Source of the DNA: Octopus sinensis
Lineage: Eukaryota
Reading direction: 5' to 3'
DNA: 64,000 bases
NCBI RefSeq assembly: GCF_006345805.1
Contig: NC_043004.1
Coordinates: 49,972,001-50,036,000 of the forward strand
How positions within the stretch are numbered: position 1 is the stretch's first letter; every line of letters begins with the position of its first letter. This document shows, one piece after another, positions 53,052 through 64,000 of the stretch. The position numbers and the translations under genes are program-made. The notes below the pieces were generated by a model, which worked only from the letters and a program-made list of their open reading frames with translations, had not been told where the DNA came from and searched no databases.

Positions 53052-53469
53052 TGAAGTGAGAGAGGGAAATCGTAAAATATTGAGTTTTTTCAAATTTTAG
53101 CTTAATTGGGGGTCAAATTGAAAGAAATTTATATGCCATGACCGAATGGAATGTACTTCGAAAAATCATAGGTAAATTCCAATTGAAGAAATTGCGTGAG
53201 GAGTAAATCGTTATGTATTTATTTGTTTCTGTTTGCTCTGTTTTTTTGTTTTTTTTTAGTAGTGGTTTAAGGTACACTTGCAAAGAGAAAGTAGGAGAAA
53301 TTATGGTAATAGCAGGAGTGAATCAGTTGAAATTAGAGAGGCAAATCGTAAAATATTTACTTTTCTCGAACTTTTGCTTAATTGGGGGTCAAATTGAAAA
53401 AACTTTATATGCCATGACCCAATCGAATCTACTTCGAAAAATCATAGGTAAATTCTAATTGAAGAAATT
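53052..53469 (+). repeat. Diverged direct repeat of about 140 bp (53052-53193 and 53329-53469)
   Basis: Both copies contain gcttaattgggggtcaaattgaaa...tatgccatgacc...tacttcgaaaaatcataggtaaattc. Confidence 0.85.
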
Positions 53470-53969
53470 CTATATTGTAGAATTGTATTAAAAAGGAACA
53501 TGGGAACAGGCAGAGAAAATCTGCCTTTTATCATAAGATATATATATATATATATATATTATATACACACACCCCTATAGGTATATATATATCTATATTC
53601 ACATATATATATATGTAAAGTTTAAGGGAAGTAACTCTACAGGATATTTTTTAGTTATGTCCCTTAAATAGACACGCACACACACACACACACACAAATA
53701 TACACATACACACACGTATATACATATATATATATATGGTAAAGTGTAAGGGAAGTAACTTTTGAACTCTATTGTGTCTGGGGAGAGTCATTCTCTTTTA
53801 GTGCCTTATTATTTTGACACACTCACCGGTAAAATTTCCACTTATTTTTTATTTTCTAAAATTTTCATTGCGTCTTGCAACCTTTTCAATAGTCTTGACT
53901 CTGTCCGATATTTACACTGCGTTCCCTTTTGTTTGTTTGTGCGCATGTGTGTGGGTCAGTGTGTATGTG

Positions 53970-54000
<31 letters not shown>

Positions 54001-54595
54001 CCTATACATGCATACATGTATGTATGTATGTGTGTATGTGTGTATATATGTGTGTTTATGCATATGTATGTATGTGTGTGCATCTGTATGTACGTATCCT
54101 GCATATTTATGTGCTTGCCTGTCCGTGTTTGTGTATTTTCTATGTATGTGTGTGTGAGCATGTGTTTGTATATGTATGCACCTCTGTCTCCTTGTGTGTG
54201 CATATCTGTGTGTGTGTGTGTTATGTAACAATGTACCATATTTGTATGTATCGATGTGCATCTTTATATGTGTGGATCCGTGTCTCCATATGTGTCTGTT
54301 CTTGTAACCTATGTACCTATCCGTCTGTATGTTGATCTGTTTATTTACATATCTAAATGCTTACATACAGAAATAAAAAATAAATAAATAATAAATAAAA
54401 ATATAAAAAATAAAAAATAAAAAATATAAAAAATTAAAAAAATATTTAAAATATATATAAAAATATAACAAAAAATGATTTAAAAAAAAGAAGTGTACAC
54501 ACACACTCACACACACACACATACATACATTTATCTACCTAACAGTCCACTAACTATTCTACTCTTCCTGTGTAAACTGTGGGTATGGAGGGTAT

Positions 54596-57560
54596 TTATT
54601 GTGTATATTTCCTATTTAATATTGGGGAAGTTTCATTTATAAGGACGTACTCCCGTATTTGTCTGAGTGTTGGGTCTTTTGGGTGCTTGGATAAGATGCG
54701 GATGTCAAGTTGACCCAAGTTACCTCCATGGTGGTCTTTGGCATATTGGTAGAGTATGGAGGACTGTTTTCTGTCGTCATATTGTCTTAGATGTTCATTT
54801 ATCCGTTCCGCAATGCTCCTAGACGTCTCCCCTATGTACATCATGTTCATGTCCTTACAAGCACCTTCTATGCATCTTATGCTGTAAACTACATTTCTAG
54901 TTCTACAGTTAATACCAGGGCTAATTCTACACACCATGCAGTTATCATTGGTGCATATGGTATTCTTAAACGGGTACGTCCTACATAGTTGTGATCTGAC
55001 GGAGTTCCCTGGCTTTTCAACAATTTTAATGTTGAGTTTGGTCTCCTTCAGAGCTTTTCTAAATCTACGGGCTAGTTCTCCGTGGGCTGTGGCCTCTACA
55101 AACATCACGCCTTGATATTTGTCGGTTTTATACCACGTGTTCTCCCTGTTTGCTTTGTCACAAGCTCTTTGTATTCTATTCCATTCTTTGTTTCTATATC
55201 TAGGGCAGGTATCAATGTTATCTAATTTCTTTCTAGACCCCCTGTATACACGAACCCTATCTTTCTGATCATATCTAGAGAACTGCATGCGGTGTATGAA
55301 GTTCTGTATATGTTTCTTCATTTCACAGGGTTCGCATAGTGGGGACACATTGTTCATTATTCTAACTAGGTCTGCTATTAGTATGTTAATTCTCATGTTG
55401 TGTGACAAAGCTGAGTTCTTGTGAACAACATATTTTGAAGTTACAGGTTTCATGTAATAAGAGTGGAGGAGCTGCACTCTATTGTTCACAGTCTCTAACC
55501 AAAGTTCAGTATCAAGTACAGGGAGTTTATTGTTAGGGTTCTTAGTGGGGTAATCTATAGTTTCCTTGATACTTTGGTGAATGGAGTTAGCTATTTGCTG
55601 GATGCTCTCCATTACGTTCTTCTCAGTCTCTACATTACCGTCACTAGAGTTGGTTCTAACTTTTATATTAATGTCATCTACATATCTACTGTAGAGTAGA
55701 AAAGTTGTGGACTGTTCTGCTAACATTTGTTTAAATTTTCTGCCCCACCATGTCATAAAGAGGCCAGCCACATCTCCAGCTATACCTACACCAATGGCTG
55801 CACCTTGAACCTGCATGTATAGTTTTTTTTTTTTTTTTTATTAAACTTTACTATGTGGTTTTTCAAAGTGGTTTTTACGCTGGCCCCTATTGCATATGTA
55901 GTCATTTCCCTCATCTGATTGTTGTTCTCAGGGTTTTGGGTGGGTGCGGTCCAGCCACTCCAGCGCTCTGTGGTGCTTTTCTTCACCGCTGAAGTGATGG
56001 TGGGTGGTCTTCCCCTCAGTGACCTAGTGGGGCAGAATTTACTAAGGTCATGGTCATCTAAATAGTTATTGTCAGAGCATAGTCTGAGGAGGAGGCCCAG
56101 TTCCCTAGTGTTGACCTTACAGAATTCTACTTCACTCTCACAGATTGCTTGAATGCATTTCTCCACAGCAAAATCTATGTCTATAGATGGGTAGAGTGAA
56201 ATTACATCCATACTACCCACTATACAACCTGTGAGGTCGTTGGTGTGGTTGCAAGTACTGATTTTACTGAGGAGATCTTCCGTACTCATACAGACATCCG
56301 GAGACATCTCTATGAGAGGTCACAATACCTGTGAGAGGAAGTAGGACAGTCTATAGTTGCTGGAGATGTTCGCTCCGCAAACTGGTCTTGTTGGGGGCCC
56401 TGCGACAGGGTTTATGTAGGGTTTGTGGTCTTTGCGTAACCCGTATAGTGTAGGAACATCATTGTTGGATGCCTGGAAATTGTGTGTCGTCCTTTTTGTA
56501 GGTTGGAGTATGTTGCACCACATTCCCATCTGTGCATTGATGAGTTTTTCTGCTCTTTCATGTTCTTGTGGTGCAACTTCTCTCATGCTACTGATATGTT
56601 GTTGCATGGTCTGGACATAGTTCTGTGGGCTATCTACTGATAGTCTGCCAGACTTGTCTGTAGGGAGGCACACTAATTCTTTGTTCCTAATTCGCTGTTT
56701 TAGGCCTTTGTCAACAGATGAGCCGAGTTGGTGGGACTCCTCCTCACTATGTTTTTTAGTGGTTTTGTTGAGTGGGATACACACTCTTTTGTTAAGTCTG
56801 TGGGATAGATCCTCGTCATGTCATAAGATTTGTTGTTAGGGTTATAAAAGACAGAGTGTAGAGTGTTATTATCGTTGTGGTTGTTGTTATGGTTGCCGGT
56901 ATTGTTGTTGTTGATGGTGGTGGTGGTAGTGGTGGTGGTGGTTGTGCTTGTGTTGTGCCTATTGTGATTGTTATGGGTGACGTTGTTGGTAGCGGTGTGA
57001 ATAATGTGGTTGTTGTCGTTATCTGTGTGTGGGATGTTGTTATTGTTGCTGCCGTCATCGTTGTTTCTGTTTCCTACGCTTGTGTTGTTGTTCTTGTTAT
57101 AGTTGTCTGAGTGAGGAATGTTGTGGGTGTTATTGTTGTTGCTGTTGTTGTTGTTGTTGTTATTGCCACTATTGTTGTCATCAACACCGCTATTGTTATT
57201 GTTGTTGTTTTGGCTGTCCTGTCTTTTACTGTTTATATTTTGTACTGTCGATACTGACCTGTTTTTGTTACCCCTCCGCAAAAAGATCTCAAATTTTATT
57301 TAATTTGCTTTTCGCGGGAAGGAAAGTTTCTATCAAAGATGCGTATCGCCTTCACCTTCGAAACTCAGAGTAGATGAAACCATGGCGACTGAAGAAGGGG
57401 AATTTTCCTTGTGTTATTTGTCCTGTACTCTATTTTTTCGTTGTTTAAGAAAAATGTCCAGTTCCTTGGTTTTGTGTTTATGTTTTCGTTTCTCACTGTG
57501 TTCAACGTTTTTTTGGTGTCCTGTACCCATATATGCGTGTATATATACATGCAGAGGTAG
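54596..57560 (-). mobile_element. Near full-length Penelope-like retroelement (RT plus C-terminal GIY-YIG endonuclease)
   Basis: Four ORF pieces join into one protein: Asn/Thr-rich N-terminus, KELVCLPTDKSGRL, VGSMDVISLYPSI, QGAAIG, YSRYVDD, LPVLDTELW, then RNVVYSIRC...YIGETSRSIAERINEH (GIY-YIG). Terminal repeat-like sequence at 57300-57560. Confidence 0.9.
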
Positions 57561-57832
57561 GTACGTACATATATGTATGTATATATGCATATGTTTTATT
57601 TATTAATTTATATATATATATTTAATAAATAAAACATATATATATATACACACATATATATAATACAAAGTGTAAGGGAAGTAAGTGTAGAAGATATCTT
57701 TTAGCTATACACACACACAAACACAAACACACAAACACACACATACAAACACACACAGATAACAAAAATATTTCATAGAGTTACTTCCCTTACACTTTAT
57801 ATTATATATATATTTGTGTGTATACATATATA

Positions 57833-58044
57833 CAGGGTGTCCCAAAAAAATGTATGCATACTTTAACTGTTTTTGCACTTCAACTGCATTTTCACACTTC
57901 CAGTATCATTTTAGAATGAATTTTCTTTGTTCAAAGCTTAATCTGACTGCCATCATTAAATCCTAAAGGTTTCATCTGGAAAGAAAAAATATCAAATGAG
58001 TTATCAGCTGCTAAAGTGTGTATTCATTTTTTTGGGACACACTG
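57833..58044 (-). mobile_element. MITE derived from the maT-like family
   Basis: TIRs cagggtgtcccaaaaaaatgtat / attcatttttttgggacacactg with TA TSD. Interior encodes MAVRLSFEQRKFILK*YWKCENAVE. Confidence 0.85.
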
Positions 58045-58224
58045 TACATATATATATATATATGTATCTATTTAAGGGAGATAACTAAAAAAATATCTTC
58101 TAGAGTTATTTCTTCTACACTTTATATTATATATATGTGTGTGTATATATATATTATAATTATCTACTTAAGGGAGATAACTAAAAAATATCTTTTAGAG
58201 TTACTTCCCTTACACTTTATATTA

Positions 58225-58262
<38 letters not shown>

Positions 58263-58587
58263 CATATTGGAGAATATGGTGTACGTGCGCTGCAATAATA
58301 TATATATAAAAATACAAAATGGGACAAGAACGCAACACATTCAAATAAACGATACAAAAAACACGGACGATCATTCGAAGCCTCTAATTTTCAGTGAAGA
58401 ACCGGATCGTCCTCGCAATTTCGACTGATTAATCTTGAGATTGCTTCGATCTGGCCAGCCCCATGGAAAAACTAAGCTACGAGCATATATATATATATAT
58501 CATTACTGTAGATTATGTGACCTCGTGTGTACCGTCGGCGATTTTTTTCCCTCTGTCTTCCCTTCTCGGGATCTTTCCTTCTCCTAT

Positions 58588-58622
58588 GTTTCCGATGAAG
58601 AGCTCCGCTCGAAACGTTAAAC
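58588..58622 (+). ncRNA. Minimal hammerhead-like motif (U4C variant)
   Basis: GTTT-CCGATGA-A-GAGC-TCC-GCTC-GAAAC-GTT-AAAC. A related copy is at 11938-11970 (CTGACGAAGAGCAATGCTCGAAAC) and a degenerate one is on the minus strand near 19965-20005. Confidence 0.45.
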
Positions 58623-58717
58623 CCTTCGTCTTCCCTTCTTTCCTGAGCGTCCAATAATACTATATTTGTTCCACGTCCTCGCGTTGTTGTGTTTTTTGTG
58701 TTTTCTTGTTTGGATTA

Positions 58718-58752
<35 letters not shown>

Positions 58753-59078
58753 TTACTGTAGATCGCAATGAATACAGAAAGTCTTTGGTAAAGTTCTTCA
58801 AAGAGACAAACAAGAAAGGTAGAAGGGTATTAAGCAAAAACTTATTAACAAACATGAAGAAGATAGGCTTTGAGCAAAGGAGAAAGATTTAGTTTCTGGG
58901 AAAAGTATTTCCTCTGTTCAACATAGTCATTGGCTATGCAGATTACTCTAACAGAGAATCGCTTAACAGGATATGTTACAACGATACTGACATCAGTAGC
59001 AAAAATATTCTTCACGTAAAACACCAATGGTTAATCATTGGGTATGAAGAATATATATATATATATGTGTGTGCGTGT

Positions 59079-59127
<49 letters not shown>

Positions 59128-59134
59128 TGTGTGT

Positions 59135-59165
<31 letters not shown>

Positions 59166-59308
59166 ACGCTGTGGTTAGAGCGTCGAGCCTATGATCGTGA
59201 GGATGTGAGTTCGATCCTGGACCGGGCTGCGTGTTGTGTTCTTGAGCAAGAGACTTTATTTCACGTTGCTCCAGTTCACTCAACTGTAGAAATGATTTGC
59301 CACGTCAC

Positions 59309-59939
<631 letters not shown>

Positions 59940-59948
59940 TATATATAT

Positions 59949-60015
<67 letters not shown>

Positions 60016-60139
60016 CAGAACCCAGCTATCACATTTTGTGTATGTATATGTATGTGTGTGTACGTATGTATGAAAATATGTGTATGCATGTATGCAGGTA
60101 CACATGTAAGAAGGCATGTATATGTATTTTGCATGTATA

Positions 60140-60350
60140 CAAGGGGGATCTGAAAAGTTATTGGCTTTGGTTAAAAGAAAGTACGGGAGGATCCGTTTAT
60201 TATGATTTTATTCAACATATTCTCCTCTCAGAATCATACACTTATTGCAAGTCCTCCAGTTTTTCTAAGCCCTGTAAAAGAACACGGAAGGTTCGGCCTC
60301 CAGCCAGGCCTTTCGCAATCCCCTTAAAGTCAGAAACTTTTCAGCATCTC
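60140..60350 (-). mobile_element. Mariner 3' terminal fragment (related copy at about 49770-49960)
   Basis: Shared sequence ...ttatgattt...cctctcaga..cacacttattgca...ccaggcctttcgc in both copies, with a TIR-like start caagggggatctgaaaagtt. Confidence 0.6.
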
Positions 60351-60685
60351 GGCGTATGCCTATGTGAATGTATGTACGTGTTTATGCATGCGTGTGTCTG
60401 TATACGCATGTGTGCGTACATGCATGTGTATGTATATGCATGTGTGTAAGTATATATGTGCATAGATATGTATGCGCAAGTGTGTGTATTTACATATGTA
60501 GATTCTTTTATTTAATCTTCTATTCTTTTCTTTTTTTTCTGCTGTTTCATTCATTCGACTAACACCATGATAGAGCACGTCCTCATTTATAATGGGACGT
60601 GGTCGATAATACTCCCATACGAAATACACTGACAGTCTGTCGGTAATTCAGGTCTTTTGAGCCGGATTCGAAATGGTAGTAAATA

Positions 60686-61977
60686 TTGGGTTGTCCGGAA
60701 AGTTCGTGCCGATTTATAGTAGCTTACATTTCCACTTATTTTAGAACATGGTTGAGTCCATAAAATAGGATTTGACTACACCTCCATTAAACGTTGAGTA
60801 CAATTTAAGCTATCTTTTCATGGAAGAAGGTTTATGTTTCTATAACCTGTGTTAATTCTGTAACCCTTTAAAATGGAAGATAAGAAAGTTCATTTTCGGC
60901 ACTTGATGCTTTTCTTTTTCCGTAAAGGGAAAAATACCTCACGAGCAACCAAAGAAATATGCACAGTTTACGGTGATGTTTCTTTATCCGAAAGAACTGT
61001 ACGGAAGTGGTTCGCAAGGCTCCGAGCTGGAGATTGTAGCCTTAATGATAAAGAGCGATCAGGCAGACCATCCACTACAGATGATGAGCAAATCAAGTCA
61101 TTAACTGAGAATAACCCACATTGCACAACCCGAGAATTGGCAGAAAGCCTCAACCTATCAAAATTCGTCATTCATGAGCACCTGGTAAAGCTTGGGTACA
61201 CAAGTCGCTCGATGTTTGGGTACCACATGAGTTGAGTGAGAAGAACCTTTTGGATCACATTTCCATCTGTGATTCGCTTTATAAACGGAATGAAAACGCG
61301 CCTTTTTTAAAGCGAATTGTGACAGGTGATGAGAAATGGATTATCTACCGAAATGTTCAGAGAAAGTGATACTGGAGTAAGTGACATGAGCCACCCTCAG
61401 CCACCCCAAAAGCGGGTCTTCACCTTAAAAAATCTTGCTTTGTGTCTGGTGGGATTGGAAAGGAATTCTGTACTATGAGCTTCTCCCAAGTAGCCAGACA
61501 ATTAATTCTGAGAAATACTGCACACAAGTGAACGAGTTAAAAACAGCAATTTTCAAGAGAAACGTCCAGAATTGACCAAAAGGAAGGCTGTTGTTTTCCA
61601 CCATGATGATGCAAGACCGCACGTTTTTTGGGGAACCTGACAAAAATTGCTGCAGCTCGGCAGTGATGTGTTACCCCAACCTCCATATGCACCAGATATT
61701 GTTCCTTCGGATTTTCACTTTTATTCAGGTCTCTGCAGAATAGTCTTAATGGAAAAAGTTTCAATTCCTTGGATGACGTAAAAAGATATCTTGATGAATT
61801 CTTATGCCATGAAACCACATCAATTATGAGAAGAGGGCATTTTCAAGTTAAAGGAAAGATGGAGACGCATTGTGCAACAAAATGGTTCATATTTGGTTGA
61901 GTAAAAATGTAATGGCAAGTATTTATTGACCTTTTTCTTTCCTTTAAAAATCGGCACGAACTTTCCGGACAACCCAA
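60686..61977 (+). mobile_element. Full-length mariner (Mos1-like DD34D), inactivated
   Basis: TIRs ttgggttgtccggaaagttcgtgccgattt on both ends. MEDKKVHFRHLMLFFFRKGKN, IVTGDEKWIIYRN, FHHDDARPH, PYAPD; frameshifts and stops present. Confidence 0.92.
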
Positions 61978-62009
61978 CCCATAGGCATATGTATACACAC
62001 ATATATGAA

Positions 62010-62079
<70 letters not shown>

Positions 62080-62804
62080 TGTGTGTGTGTGTGTGTGCGT
62101 GCGTGCGTGTGTGTGTAAATCTACGTAGTAGGCAGCCAAGTATGTCAAGTTTACCTCTTTTACTGTTGATTGAAAATGAGCGATGACCAGCTGTAACCGA
62201 TTTTCGACACTTATTGGTTTTTCATTGGTTTTTCATCTGAGGTGTCTATCACTTGACCAGTACCAGAGATGTATGAAGCTAATCCCTCTAACACATCAAA
62301 CCTAGTAATTTCACAGAAGTGGGGCGGCTATTTTGCATACAATGGGGTCCGGACAAAACTAACCGAGGACAAAAGCTGTCTCTTGATTATGTGAATGAGA
62401 GGAAGCCCATGGAGGGATTTCTAAATGATGTAGGGCACACGGCATCAGGTTGTGGTAAAATGAATTTTAAATGACCCTCAACATTTAATGAGGTTTTCAA
62501 TATTGTGTTTGTTTTAATTTTTCAAAAATACGGTATAATGTTCATTTTATTTTGCTCATTTTTGTGATTGGGGTTATTTTATAATTAATGTAATATTTAT
62601 AATTTAAAAATTGCTTACTCTTTTACTTGTTTCAGTCATTTAACTGCGGCCATGCTGGAGCACCGCCTTTAATCGAGCAACTCGACCCCGGGACTTATTC
62701 TTTGTAAGCCCAGTGCTTATTCTATCGGTCCCTTTGCCGAACGGTAAGTACTTGTTTTCTTTCTTTCTTTTTTTGTCCTAGAGTTGTTTTGACTTCCACA
62801 CAAG

Positions 62805-64000
62805 TACTATATATTAATAGGGTATCTCAAAATAATGTATACACACTTTAATAGGTAACTCACGTTTCATTTCCTTTTAGATTTAACTCAGTACAAATAA
62901 TCAAACGAGCCAGGCTAAGCTTTGAACAGAGGAAACTTTAAGTGCAACTGGAAGTTTGATGTCGCAGTCTAAGTGTAAAGATAATTAAGAAGGGAATTTT
63001 AAACGAATCCACCAACGCGGCTTACCATCACGCATATTAGAGATATGCTTGAAGCGATGGAACTGTTCAGAATGTCCACAAGGAACGTTCCGGAAGTTTG
63101 CGGGCACGGACGCACCCCACAAAGCAAGAAAGCATACTAGAGATTTATTGACAGACCTCAAAAACATCTGTGCTGCAAACAAGTTGTGAGATAGGAATGT
63201 CAAAATCAAGCTTCCATCGCAATTTGAAGCGCTGTCATTGAAAAAGCTACATTTCAAGAATAGTCTATGCTCTCTATGAAAATGATTCAGACCAAAGAGT
63301 GGAGTTTTGTGGGTGGTACTCGGCCAGATATATACGCTTATGCACACCCTCCAACAAAGATTTTTGAAATGATGAGGCTACATTTAAACTAAATGGCTTA
63401 ATTAACTGTCACAATCGCACCTGCTAGGGACCTGATAATCTGCATATCACGGATTGCTAATATGGTTTCAAGTTTTGTCACGAGACTAGCAATATCGGGT
63501 GGGGTGGGGGTTCGAGGTGGATAAGTCAATTATATCGACCCCAGTGTTCAACTGGTACCTATTTTGTCGACCCCGAAAGAATGAGAGGCAAAGTCGACCC
63601 CGGCGGCATTTTAACTGAGAACGTAAAGTCTGAAGAAAGGCCGCTAAGCCTTTTTTTTACCGTCACGATAACGGTTCTTCCAGCTTGCCACCTTATTACG
63701 GATTGCTAATTTACCAAGAGTTACAGTATAGTGTGACTCATCGTAAAAAGGGTTAACTGGATCAATCTTTTTTGAGGGCACTGCAACTGATCCCATTTAC
63801 TTGAACTTTCTAAGACATTCAGTCATACCAAGTATTCATAAGGATTTTGAAGATGTGGAGCATAATTTCCTCCACATTTCTATAGTAATGTAAGGACCTG
63901 CTTTGATTAAATTTTGCCAAAAACATGAATTGTACGAAACGGTTCAGTTGAATTCCTTCCGCGTTCATCGGATTTCACACTGCAAAACCTTTTTATGGAC
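62805..64000 (+). mobile_element. Degenerate Tc1/mariner maT-like (DD37D) transposon interrupted by a SINE
   Basis: TIR-like gggtatctcaaaataatgtatacacacttt; RLSFEQRK, NPPTRLTITHIRD, HKERSG, and PPHFYSNVR near 63860. Confidence 0.65.

Noticed and set aside
56320-56322. In-frame TGA in the Penelope ORF as selenocysteine recoding
   Set aside because: Context (QVL*PLI) fits a CGA->TGA CpG mutation, no SECIS was recognised, and the ORF has two other lesions.
57340-57410. Possible type II hammerhead (CGAAAC...GTA...CTGAAGA) at the Penelope 5' end
   Set aside because: Stem I cannot form and the motif is on the antisense strand of the element.
62250-62460. Short unexplained plus-strand open stretch (VPEMYEANPSNTSNLVISQKWGGYFAYNG)
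   Set aside because: No recognisable motif or consistent splice sites; cannot be supported without a search.

Overview
Eukaryotic, AT-rich, microsatellite-dense genomic DNA. The tRNA-derived SINE families and repeat landscape look cephalopod (octopus-like); this is inferred, not database-checked. The main genic content is a four-coding-exon minus-strand gene (22598->2698) that I spliced by hand into a 594-aa single-pass receptor: signal peptide, two duplicated 4-Cys modules in an Asn/Ser/Thr-rich stalk, a third 4-Cys module, two EGF-like domains, a transmembrane helix and a Toll/IL-1R (TIR) domain. A head-to-head paralogous first exon lies on the plus strand (40218-40728). It arose by an inverted duplication that also covers intron sequence, has lost several cysteines, and has no recognisable TM or TIR exons in the remaining 23 kb. 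Between the two genes is a candidate bidirectional promoter (about 29170-29660) with a canonical NF-kB site and two outward-facing splice donors. The rest is transposon-derived: Penelope-like elements (one nearly intact) with associated hammerhead-ribozyme motifs and long inverted repeats, mariner, Tc1, Tigger, maT-like and Chapaev3 DNA transposons, non-autonomous Helitrons, R4/Dong-like, CR1-like and Tx1-like LINE fragments, SINEs and simple repeats. Most ORFs in the supplied track are microsatellite artefacts.
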